From the IMG/VR virus record IMGVR_UViG_3300046047_000262: a DNA stretch of 64,000 nt; one strand, given 5' to 3'. The stretch is from a virus. Each line of letters starts with the position of its first letter. Within the stretch, counting starts at the first letter, position 1. Positions 19,814 to 27,873 of this stretch are shown here, piece after piece. Both the position numbers and the translations under genes were made by a program. A model generated the notes under the pieces. That model was not told the DNA's origin and made no database searches. It saw nothing but the letters and a program-made list of their open reading frames with translations.

Positions 19814-19900
19814 CGGGTGGAGTGGGAGTCGGACCCACGGTGGTGTTACCCACACTGGTTTAGCAAACCAGTCAGCATTCACCGAATTGCAATTCCACCC
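19814..19900 (-). tRNA. tRNA-Ser(GCT)
   Basis: Loop TTGCTAA; long variable arm; atypical D arm. Confidence 0.8.
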
Positions 19901-19932
19901 ATGAACAGTAATCATTATACCATGAATACTCG

Positions 19933-20018
19933 CGGAGTGTAAGGGAATCGAACCCCTAACCGGATTAACGGCATCCGTTTTCAAAACGGAGCGGACTTGC
20001 CAATAGCCCACACACTCC
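19933..20018 (-). tRNA. tRNA-Ser(TGA)
   Basis: Loop TTTGAAA; extended D stem. Confidence 0.85.
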
Positions 20019-20057
20019 ATGGAGAACCCCCATCACCACCATACGATGATGACAGGG

Positions 20058-20132
20058 TGGTACAGGTCAAGGGAATCGAACCCTAGGAATCGATCATGTA
20101 AGTATCGTCCCCGTTCCTGATAACGGACCTGT
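20058..20132 (-). tRNA. Atypical tRNA-like RNA (possible TAC anticodon) with encoded CCA
   Basis: Perfect acceptor ACAGGTC/GACCTGT, T arm and ACCA end; D hairpin abuts the acceptor; weak anticodon stem. Confidence 0.55.
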
Positions 20133-20297
20133 TGACATGTCTCAAGATCATGCTTCAAAGTAAGTACCACCAATCCGCCGATATCATGATGCGTTCTCTA
20201 GAATCAGCATCATGATCGTTGAGTATCGACCGGTGGTATCCGATGGCATCTTCGCAACGACGAATGCTTCCACTGATCAAGTGGCATCGAATTATCG

Positions 20298-20370
20298 AGC
20301 GGGCAACGGGATTCGAACCCGCGGTCTCAACCTTGGCAAGGTCGCGCTTTACCAACTAAGCTATGCCCAC
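20298..20370 (-). tRNA. tRNA-Gly(GCC)
   Basis: Loop TTGCCAA. Confidence 0.93.
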
Positions 20371-20396
20371 ATTATGGTATCAGCATTGATACCAAG

Positions 20397-20470
20397 TGCT
20401 CCCAAGTGGATTCGAACCACTGACTTCATCTGCGTGAGAGATGCGATCTACCGGACTGATCTATAGGAAC
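20397..20470 (-). tRNA. tRNA-Val(CAC)
   Basis: Loop CTCACGC. Confidence 0.88.
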
Positions 20471-20472
20471 GG

Positions 20473-20549
20473 GTGCGGGAGAGGGATTTGAACCCCCAAC
20501 AACATGCTTATGAGGCACGAGAGCTACCGAGTTGCTGCTTGATCCCGCG
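20473..20549 (-). tRNA. tRNA-Met(CAT), initiator-like body
   Basis: 5' CGCGGG with C1xA72 mismatch; T loop TTCAAAT; loop CTCATAA. Confidence 0.75.
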
Positions 20550-20596
20550 TGGATAATCAGGAATCGAACCTGAACGTGTACCATATACCCTGTTAA

Positions 20597-20672
20597 TGGT
20601 TCTCCGAGCTGGATTCGAACCAACACTATTCCGTTCCAGAGACGGATGCATTGCCAGTTATGCTATCGGAGA
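20597..20672 (-). tRNA. tRNA-Gln(CTG)
   Basis: Loop CTCTGGA; U1-A72; encoded CCA. Confidence 0.92.
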
Positions 20673-20704
20673 ATACACTTGGAATCATGATGACACCAAG
20701 TCCG

Positions 20705-20775
20705 AGCGGATGACGGGAATCGAACCCGTTCCGAATGCTTGGGAAGCATCCGTGCGACCACTACACCACATCCGC
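20705..20775 (-). tRNA. tRNA-Gly(CCC)
   Basis: Loop TTCCCAA. Confidence 0.92.
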
Positions 20776-20800
20776 AATGATATGCTAATATCAAGTTAAG

Positions 20801-20871
20801 CTGCCCATGCTGGGATCGAACCAACGTTAAGAGTTCCAAAGACTCCCGTCTTGCCATTAAACGAATGGGCA
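20801..20871 (-). tRNA. tRNA-Gln(TTG)
   Basis: Loop CTTTGGA. Confidence 0.9.
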
Positions 20872-21091
20872 ATACATGGTTTTGGTTACCAGACCATGAA
20901 CTGGCTTAGCTAACCCTAAGTACACACTTTCAATCAAGAAAGCTTCCCGTATCGCGTTTAAGTTGCTGTCTTCGCGCGCATCCCACAGATGAACTGCCTA
21001 TCGGTTGGGGTTGTGGACTCGATAGTGAGGGAACCGTGATGCAGAGGGATTCGAACCCTCGATAAGCCTTATCCTGCATCCTACTACATCG

Positions 21092-21162
21092 AACTGGTGA
21101 TCGGAGTCGAACCGACTTACACTGTTTTGCAGACAGCTACCTGGCCGTTTGGTTACACCAGC
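21092..21162 (-). tRNA. tRNA-Cys(GCA)
   Basis: Loop CTGCAAA; U73. Confidence 0.9.
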
Positions 21163-21208
21163 ATAGTACTCTCAACGTGCAGAGTACATGACAACATCTG
21201 TTATCAAG

Positions 21209-21279
21209 AGGCTCACCAGAGAATCGAACTCTGATCGCTTGTTTACAGGACAAGTGCTCTCCCATTGAGCTAGTGAGCC
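21209..21279 (-). tRNA. tRNA-Thr(TGT)
   Basis: Loop CCTGTAA. Confidence 0.9.
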
Positions 21280-21323
21280 ATATGTGTATATTATAACACA
21301 TCTCTCAGACAAAATATACCACG

Positions 21324-21394
21324 AGCGGATGACGGGAATCGAACCCGCATAATCAGTTTGGAAGACTGACATTCTACCATTGAACTACATCCGC
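21324..21394 (-). tRNA. tRNA-Gly(TCC)
   Basis: Loop CTTCCAA. Confidence 0.93.
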
Positions 21395-21626
21395 ATCAAT
21401 TATCATCGTCCCGCACCGGGGACGTCCATACGCATACGAACCCGTGTGTATACTACGATGCCTTGTACGGGGCATCGTGTGGGTACATCACGAAATTCAT
21501 TGTTGTATTGCACATGTTTTCCCTATCATCACCATGAGCTCAGGTAATCATTCACATTGCAGGTCGACTCTACACGGATGATCACTGCTCATGGGTACTT
21601 TCAGACTCACAGGTAGTACGATAACG

Positions 21627-21699
21627 TGGAGACGATGGGTATCGAACCCACTACCTTCTCGATGCTAACGAGATGCTCTACCAATTGAGCTACGTCCCC
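21627..21699 (-). tRNA. tRNA-Ala(AGC)
   Basis: G3.U70; TCTCG-TTAGCAT-CGAGA. Confidence 0.9.
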
Positions 21700-21904
21700 A
21701 AAATGATCGATTATGAGTGATCATAACCGATCCATGTATCAGGAGAGCAACCTCATCATGATTATTGCATACTTCTTCGTATGCTCGTCAAGCGGTCCAA
21801 GCAGAGCAAAGAACCCAATCATTGTTGACACTGGAAGCCCTATTGGCCACATCCTGAAACAGATGATACACCACACGTAGTACTACGTGATTCATCTACC
21901 ATCG

Positions 21905-21977
21905 TGAATGACATGGGATTCGAACCCATGATCTCTTACATTACCGTAAGCGCTCCTACCAATTGAGCTTCCATTCA
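21905..21977 (-). tRNA. Degenerate tRNA with 6-nt anticodon loop
   Basis: Intact D and T arms; CTTAC-GGTAAT-GTAAG. Confidence 0.55.
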
Positions 21978-22111
21978 ACCAATCATTGAAAATCCTTTAT
22001 AGCACAGGACAATCGATCATCTGGTTATGTTATACAAGGGCACTATGATTCTGATAGAACCATGCTCTCATAAGAACCGTATTTGATGACTGTTATCATA
22101 CTACGGTATCG

Positions 22112-22187
22112 TCGTGGAGGATGGATTTGAACCATCAACCTCATGGATATGAATCATGCGCTCTAACCTGACTTGAGCTACCCCACG
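22112..22187 (-). tRNA. tRNA-Met/Ile2(CAT)
   Basis: Loop TTCATAT. Confidence 0.85.
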
Positions 22188-22206
22188 ATAAGTATGATCA
22201 TGATAG

Positions 22207-22279
22207 TGGAGACAATGGGATTCGAACCCACCACATTCTCCGTGCGAGGGAGAATCGCCGCCCAGGAACATGTGTCCCC
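22207..22279 (-). tRNA. tRNA-Ala(CGC)
   Basis: G3.U70; loop CTCGCAC; atypical D arm. Confidence 0.8.
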
Positions 22280-22292
22280 ATGATGCATACCG

Positions 22293-22365
22293 TGGATACA
22301 TGAGGGATTCGAACCCTCACCTTCTCCGTGCAAAGGAGATGTGCTACCATTGACACTAATGACCA
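22293..22365 (-). tRNA. tRNA-Ala(TGC), imperfect acceptor stem
   Basis: Loop TTTGCAC. Confidence 0.7.
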
Positions 22366-22371
22366 GTATCG

Positions 22372-22455
22372 TTGTGCGTGAGGGATTCGAACCCCCGTAC
22401 TTTCAATAAGAACTGGGTTACGGCCAGTCGCATTTAACCACTCTGCCAACGCACA
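22372..22455 (-). tRNA. tRNA-Tyr(GTA), U1-A72
   Basis: Loop CCGTAAC; long variable arm. Confidence 0.8.
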
Positions 22456-22587
22456 ATAGTATCAAGATTGATGTGATCATGTTCCCATCCTTGATACATA
22501 TGGGAGCATGCTTACAATAGGATTTACAGGTAGGTTAACCTATGAGCTACAAACCCATTATCCCTCCTACCACACCTATTGCAAACG

Positions 22588-22674
22588 CGGTCGATGAGGG
22601 ATTCGAACCCCCGATAGGCTTTCACCTATACTTGTTTTCAGGACAAGCTCCATAAGCCACTCGGACAATCGACC
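22588..22674 (-). tRNA. tRNA-Ser(TGA)
   Basis: Loop CCTGAAA. Confidence 0.9.
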
Positions 22675-22872
22675 AAGCAGGATAAGTCTGCCGTTTCGAC
22701 TCATCCTCGTATCATGTTACAGTAGCATTATAATCCACTGGTGTGAACGGGAATTACTGCATGTATTCGTTCACATTGACAGCAAAGCGTATACACCTTG
22801 CTGTCATAATGGTTGCAATCCTTGATGGCATAACGGCGACACCAAGGATTTCACTGCTGTTGTAAGCATGAG

Positions 22873-22947
22873 TGCCGTTGTAGGATTCGAACCAACGATC
22901 TTCTGATTCGGGAGGTCAGATGCTCTATCCAATTGAGCTATAACGGC
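22873..22947 (-). tRNA. tRNA-Arg-type body with 9-nt anticodon loop
   Basis: TCTGA-CCTCCCGAA-TCAGA; D loop matches the other Arg tRNAs. Confidence 0.75.
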
Positions 22948-22976
22948 AATGGTGATAGTCAGAATTACTATCATCG

Positions 22977-23063
22977 CGGTTGATGAGGGATTCGAACCCC
23001 CGATAGGTTTTCACCTATGCTTGTTTTCGAAACAAGTTCCTTCAACCACTCGGACAATCAACC
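22977..23063 (-). tRNA. tRNA-Ser(CGA)
   Basis: Loop TTCGAAA; near-duplicate of 22588-22674. Confidence 0.9.
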
Positions 23064-23084
23064 ATAATTATCAATATGATAACG

Positions 23085-23157
23085 TTGGACTATCGGGAAT
23101 CGAACCCGAATCTATGGTGCCACAGACCATCGCTCTAACCGTTGAGCTATAGACCAC
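23085..23157 (-). tRNA. tRNA-His(GTG)
   Basis: Loop CTGTGGC; G-1. Confidence 0.88.
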
Positions 23158-23404
23158 ATAGGTCACACGATTCAAGCCATCATGTGACCAGTTTAACGTC
23201 ATGAGACGTATTATTGTATAGGGTGAATGGTATGCCCATTCTTGATGCTCCAATCCTTTATGTATGAACGTGTGGTTATATCCATACAGGTATTGGAGAT
23301 GTTCCGCCAACCAGATGACGCCTGGCCACGCACCACTGAGACTTGATGGTGATGAGATCCCACTACACGAGTGAATAGCTTATGCCTACAACGTGTGATC
23401 ATCG

Positions 23405-23478
23405 TGCCGACAGTCCGGGTCGAACGGACAACCTCAGAGGCTTCAACTCTGCGCTCTCGCCAATTGAGCTATGACGGC
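23405..23478 (-). tRNA. tRNA-Phe(GAA)
   Basis: Loop TTGAAGC. Confidence 0.9.
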
Positions 23479-23732
23479 ATAAACGGGAAGCTTTTCGGTC
23501 TTGTACTTCAACTATCATCGCTTCCCTTCAGTATTCCAACTGCTGATACCATATGACGATGGTATCATTGTTCACATTGAATGAGTGTGAACAATCACAG
23601 GGTTTATCGCTCGGTACGATGCTCCTACACCCTATAGACAGTCATTCTTATCGGCGTTATGACTACGTGCGTGATTACCTTATCCTATCGTCATGATGTC
23701 ACTCATAACGGTGATCCCGCTTTATTACCCAG

Positions 23733-23803
23733 TGTCTTAAGAGAATTATGATATCTCGCATACTTGCTTCTATCCAAGTGCTCTTCCTCTGAGCTATTAA
23801 GAC
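23733..23803 (-). tRNA. Lys-family tRNA derivative with 8-nt anticodon loop
   Basis: Same D arm and ATCATAA T loop as the Lys tRNAs; loop GATAGAAG. Confidence 0.55.
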
Positions 23804-23888
23804 ATTTTCAGTCGGATGGATCGTCAATCCATCGTTACGGTTGTTCCTACCGTGGTCTTATATAATGACTTTAGCCTACGACTGAACG

Positions 23889-23972
23889 TGCATCCGACCT
23901 GACTCGAACAGGCAAGTCCATGATGGACGATGGTTCCTAGGACCATTGTGTTTACCATTTCACCACGGATGC
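23889..23972 (-). tRNA. tRNA-Leu(TAG)
   Basis: Loop CCTAGGA. Confidence 0.9.
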
Positions 23973-23977
23973 ATGTG

Positions 23978-24051
23978 TGCCCACAAGAGGGCTTGAACCT
24001 CTGACCTTGGAATTATGAGTTCCGCGCTCTGACCGACTGAGCTATGCGGGC
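23978..24051 (-). tRNA. tRNA-Met/Ile2(CAT)
   Basis: Loop CTCATAA. Confidence 0.88.
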
Positions 24052-24262
24052 ATTAATGGCGGCTTTCCCGCTAGCACGATGTTCTCATCGAACGAGCAAC
24101 GACATTGTACGGGCATAACAACCTGAGTTGATTAAGTTAATAACCACTTGAGCCAGGTTGACCTTGAGGCGACTGTTGCCATACCCCTCGTAGTCTCACG
24201 AGGAATCGAACCTCGTCGTTTGATGGAACCTCAGGAATACTACCAATTGAGACCATTTTAGA

Positions 24263-24381
24263 CCTAAGTGAGTGAGATGCGACTGCTTTTTCAATGCTGC
24301 ACTACCAATCCCCACGGAGATTGAGCGGGATTCGAACCCGCAAGGACTTAGTTATTGTCCACCACTTGCCACTCACTCAGG
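24263..24381 (-). ncRNA. Circularly permuted tRNA mimic (Y RNA/YrlA-like architecture)
   Basis: Terminal stem CCTGAGTGAGTG/CACTCACTTAGG encloses a variable hairpin, T arm GCGGG-TTCGAAT-CCCGC, a loop-closed acceptor hairpin and a D-like segment. Confidence 0.6.
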
Positions 24382-24449
24382 ACTGGAATCCGTATTAGGA
24401 CACCAGCAGAAATGATTATAGGAGTAACTAATTCCAATCATTACCTACG

Positions 24450-24533
24450 CGGATGATGCGGGGGTCGAACCCGCCACGGTATTACCCTAACCTCATTAGC
24501 AGTGAGGCGCTTTAGCCGCTCAGCCTACCATCC
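24450..24533 (-). tRNA. tRNA-Ser(GCT)
   Basis: Loop CTGCTAA. Confidence 0.9.
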
Positions 24534-24887
24534 ATTGTTTTTCAAACAGCTCCAAGAGGAACAGATTGATTTATTATTGAGTTACAGATCCATAATGTCG
24601 TGTATTGTCAATGTATCCTAACATTGACACGAGGTGGCCTTCCCCCGAACCTTGATGGACGACACCATCAAGGTTTCCAACATGATCATACGTTCATGCC
24701 GCCAATTCCACGACTAGAGTCTCAAAGAGGAATCGAACCTCAACATGCACACGGCATGGTCATCCAGACTGAATCCCAACGAGTGTAATCTCGTTAGAGC
24801 ATCGAAAGTCTTCGATACACCAACATCCGCATTAGGGTTCGTCCCCCCTCCTCACCCAGTCGACACTGGTTGAGGTCAGATATTGCG

Positions 24888-24959
24888 CGACCACGACGGG
24901 AGTCGGACCCGCTGTCCTCTCCTCGACAGGGAGATGCCTGACCGTCAGGCTCCGTGGCC
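24888..24959 (-). tRNA. tRNA-Asp(GTC)
   Basis: Loop CTGTCGA. Confidence 0.85.
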
Positions 24960-25343
24960 ATATGATTCTGGTGGGACTGGTGTACCTATCTAGGGTCATA
25001 GACCAATAGGTACGCGAATCCTGATCACCAGCAAGTAATGCGGATGATTGCCTGCCGTGGCTACAGCAGTCATCACGTCTAGCGAGCCGTGCGTCATGTT
25101 TCCATCACGTATATGACCGTTTCAACGATTGCGTGGAGCGGCACGGATTCGAACCGTGCTTCGGGTATAGGTTCGAATGAATCCACCCCGCATTTCTGGC
25201 TCGGGATAACCAATCCCAAGCACTATTGAACCAATATGATGACCAGCAGAATGGTTAACCTCTACTATTCACCATCAAACACCCCTATCACATGATCCTG
25301 TCACCATTCACATGTAAGCATACGGAATATAACCATATACCAG

Positions 25344-25417
25344 TACCTTCTACGGGATTCGAACCCGTACTAAACAGTTCCTTAGACTGTCGCCTCTACC
25401 AATTGGGCTAAGAAGGC
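25344..25417 (-). tRNA. tRNA-Leu(AAG), short variable loop
   Basis: ACAGT-CTAAGGA-ACTGT. Confidence 0.88.
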
Positions 25418-25475
25418 AAAGACTGGTCGATCATATTGGATCAACCAGTTCTAGAGCATCTCATTCGACGACTCG

Positions 25476-25558
25476 TACCCCCACTCGGACTTGAACCGAG
25501 ATTCCTTGCGGAAACCGCTTTTGAGGCGGTCGTGTCTACCAATTCCAACCATAGGGGC
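25476..25558 (-). tRNA. tRNA-Leu(CAA)
   Basis: Loop CTCAAAA. Confidence 0.9.
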
Positions 25559-25561
25559 GGG

Positions 25562-25645
25562 GTGTACAACGGGACTCGAACCCGCATGGGATAACTCCCA
25601 TCAGGGTCACAACCTGATGTCGCAAACCATATCGACCTTGTACAC
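25562..25645 (-). tRNA. tRNA-His(GTG) with long variable arm
   Basis: G-1:C73; loop TTGTGAC; variable arm TGGGA-GTTA-TCCCA. Confidence 0.8.
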
Positions 25646-25647
25646 AG

Positions 25648-25720
25648 CGACCACGACCGGAATTGAACCGGTGACCTCTTGCGTGACAAGCAAGCGTTCT
25701 TACCCCTGAACTACGCGGCC
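25648..25720 (-). tRNA. tRNA-Asp(GTC)
   Basis: Loop TTGTCAC. Confidence 0.92.
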
Positions 25721-25924
25721 ATATCATCCTTTACGGAGATGAATTGAGATGGCACTCAATCTAGTATCCCATGCCATCACCGCAGGGTTCGTCGCCCCCT
25801 GATTAAACGTGCAACGATGATAACCATCATTATCAGCGCTTCCTGATGATCCGACTCATTCTCACTAAACGCTGATTAGACTATTTGAATGAGCTATGTG
25901 ATATCAATATGTACTCACGTTGCG

Positions 25925-25996
25925 AGCCTTGACTTAGAATCGAACTAAGATCAACTGCTTACTAAACAGTCGCACGAACCATTGTGCTATCAAGGC
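25925..25996 (-). tRNA. tRNA-Thr(AGT)
   Basis: ACTGT-TTAGTAA-GCAGT. Confidence 0.87.
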
Positions 25997-26055
25997 ATTC
26001 ATAGTATTCCGAAACATGTAATCACGTATTGGAATGTTAATATGGAAAAGATTAG

Positions 26056-26125
26056 TGCCCCATCCGGGAATCGAACCCGGTTCTGACCCTCCACGGGCCT
26101 GTTCTAACCAGTGTCACTAATGGGT
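26056..26125 (-). tRNA. Degenerate tRNA with 5-nt anticodon loop
   Basis: Perfect T arm; GGCCC-GTGGA-GGGTC. Confidence 0.5.
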
Positions 26126-26223
26126 TGTTAATCCTGATGGCATCAGGTAATTAGGCTGATGACATCAGAGAACGTTCCTTTGGTATCATCGGGTAATTAG
26201 GCCGACGATACACCGGACCTCCG

Positions 26224-26296
26224 TAGTCTCAGCGGGAATCGAACCCGCAATCTTCTCCTTGAGAGGGAGACGAGGTAACCGTTGCTCTATGAGACC
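26224..26296 (-). tRNA. tRNA-Glu(CTC)
   Basis: Loop CTCTCAA. Confidence 0.9.
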
Positions 26297-26633
26297 ATAA
26301 GTCATGGCTGATAGTTCCATGACTGTATCATGGTACTCCATGAACGAGACTGTTCTCAGTCAGCGAGGATAGTGTTTATAGAACCTGAGGTATGGTTTAA
26401 CTAACCCACAGTAACAGGCAGTTGACTTCTACTCCATCAATACGATATTCCATCCAATTCGATGTGATGTTGAAGCGTGCGACGAGGAACCCGATGTCCC
26501 ATGGTTATCAATCATGGTCCGCTATTTCCACTATTAGTGGCTGCACGATGACACACGTGGAATTATGGGAATCGAACCCATGACCATGCTGTTAGCAGGG
26601 CACCATGTTTCCTGTCAACAAGTGTTGACAAAG

Positions 26634-26704
26634 TACGCCCACCAGGAATCGAACCCAAGTCAAGAGGTTTGGAAGCTCTTGTGTTACCACTACACCATAG
26701 GCGT
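26634..26704 (-). tRNA. tRNA-Trp(CCA)
   Basis: Loop TTCCAAA with a 31-39 mismatch. Confidence 0.85.
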
Positions 26705-26767
26705 ATGTTGACGTTCCCTATGTGTGGTCGCGTCATGATGATGTATAAGCAAGATCGTTGCTTATCG

Positions 26768-26848
26768 TGGTGCATGGGGGACTCGAACCCTCGAACCCTG
26801 TGGGAGCTGGTTTACAGCCAGCCGCAATTGCCGCTATGCGAATGCACC
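26768..26848 (-). tRNA. tRNA-Tyr(GTA)
   Basis: Loop CTGTAAA. Confidence 0.92.
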
Positions 26849-26968
26849 ATAAAGGTGGGTCAATGCGTTATACTCGCGTACATTGGGGAATCGAACCCCG
26901 CTGTTTGAAGAGTTTCACTTCACTTTGATCCGGACACCAGTCCAAAACCGAGCTGCAGATCGGTTTCG

Positions 26969-27040
26969 TGCCTCAGGAGAATTATGATATCTCGACCCTC
27001 TGTTTAAGAGACAGATGCTCTTCCTCTGAGCTACTAAGGC
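26969..27040 (-). tRNA. tRNA-Lys(CTT), non-canonical T loop
   Basis: Loop CTCTTAA; T loop ATCATAA. Confidence 0.85.
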
Positions 27041-27041
27041 G

Positions 27042-27113
27042 TACGGGTAGATAGAATTGAACTATCCTTTCTTCTGTATCAGAGAAGTGTTCTAACCGAT
27101 GAACTATACCCGT
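27042..27113 (-). tRNA. tRNA-Ile(GAT)
   Basis: Loop CTGATAC. Confidence 0.88.
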
Positions 27114-27222
27114 AAACGAACGGCTCCCTCTCAAAGTCATTGCTCCTCGTTTTAGAACAAACATTATGAGGGGGTTACCGGGCAGACTGTCTCTCGACTA
27201 AAGCTGGTTGCCAACAACTCAG

Positions 27223-27305
27223 TGCCCTTACTCGGACTCGAACCGAGACTCCTTACGGAAGCCGATTTTAAGTCGGCCGTGTCTACCAATTCCAACCATA
27301 AGGGC
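27223..27305 (-). tRNA. tRNA-Leu(TAA)
   Basis: Loop CTTAAAA. Confidence 0.92.
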
Positions 27306-27309
27306 ATTC

Positions 27310-27441
27310 GGAGTACGTATCGGAATTGAACCGGTATACGTGGTGCGCTTAACCAATACCCACGAATATGAATATCTTCATATCACGTAGGCGCTGGAAT
27401 TGGACCAGATCATCACGCACCACGCCAGACCACTCGTACCT
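27310..27441 (-). ncRNA. Putative double tRNA-elbow RNA
   Basis: Two T-arm/D-loop units joined by the 9-bp stem CGTGGTGCG/CGCACCACG (see findings). Confidence 0.55.
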
Positions 27442-27522
27442 TCCTACCAGATTCGGTAAGACTTGGAAAGATGCATCATTCCAAGCATTATGAGACATTA
27501 TACTAGTATTTCTCATAACCTG

Positions 27523-27604
27523 TGCCTCTACTCGGACTCGAACCGAGACTCCTCACGGAAACTGATTTTAAGTCAGTCGTGTCTACCAATTCCACCATAA
27601 AGGC
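27523..27604 (-). tRNA. tRNA-Leu(TAA)
   Basis: Loop CTTAAAA; paralog of 27223-27305. Confidence 0.92.
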
Positions 27605-27718
27605 ATAATGTGAGCATCGCACTCACAAGGTTGCTATAGCGTTCGGCTCATTAGTGGTCACAACTAACCATGATAGTACTTAAACTATGCTGCTAACTCA
27701 AAGCCTACTGATACTGCG

Positions 27719-27790
27719 TGCCCCCGGAGAATTACGATATCTCGACACGCGGATTAAAAGTCCGCTGCTCTTCCTCTGAGCTACAAGGGC
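27719..27790 (-). tRNA. tRNA-Lys(TTT), non-canonical T loop
   Basis: Loop CTTTTAA; T loop ATCGTAA. Confidence 0.85.
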
Positions 27791-27873
27791 ATGATGTTGA
27801 CGATTGTACACTTGCCAACAGGTTTGCGTGATATATTCGCTTATCGCGGGTAGACGCATCTACCTGATAACCA

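Noticed and set aside
19933-20018. tRNA-Sec
   Set aside because: The extended D stem is Sec-like, but the anticodon reads TGA (Ser), not TCA, and the acceptor stem is 7 bp.
26475-26550. Possible HDV-like/theta ribozyme (TTCCTCGT loop) after a tRNA-like unit
   Set aside because: I could not form the P3/P1.1 nested pseudoknot by eye; it looks like a simple multi-stem junction.
26850-26965. Isolated T arm GGGG-TTCGATT-CCCC
   Set aside because: No convincing acceptor or permuted closure could be assigned, so it was left unannotated.
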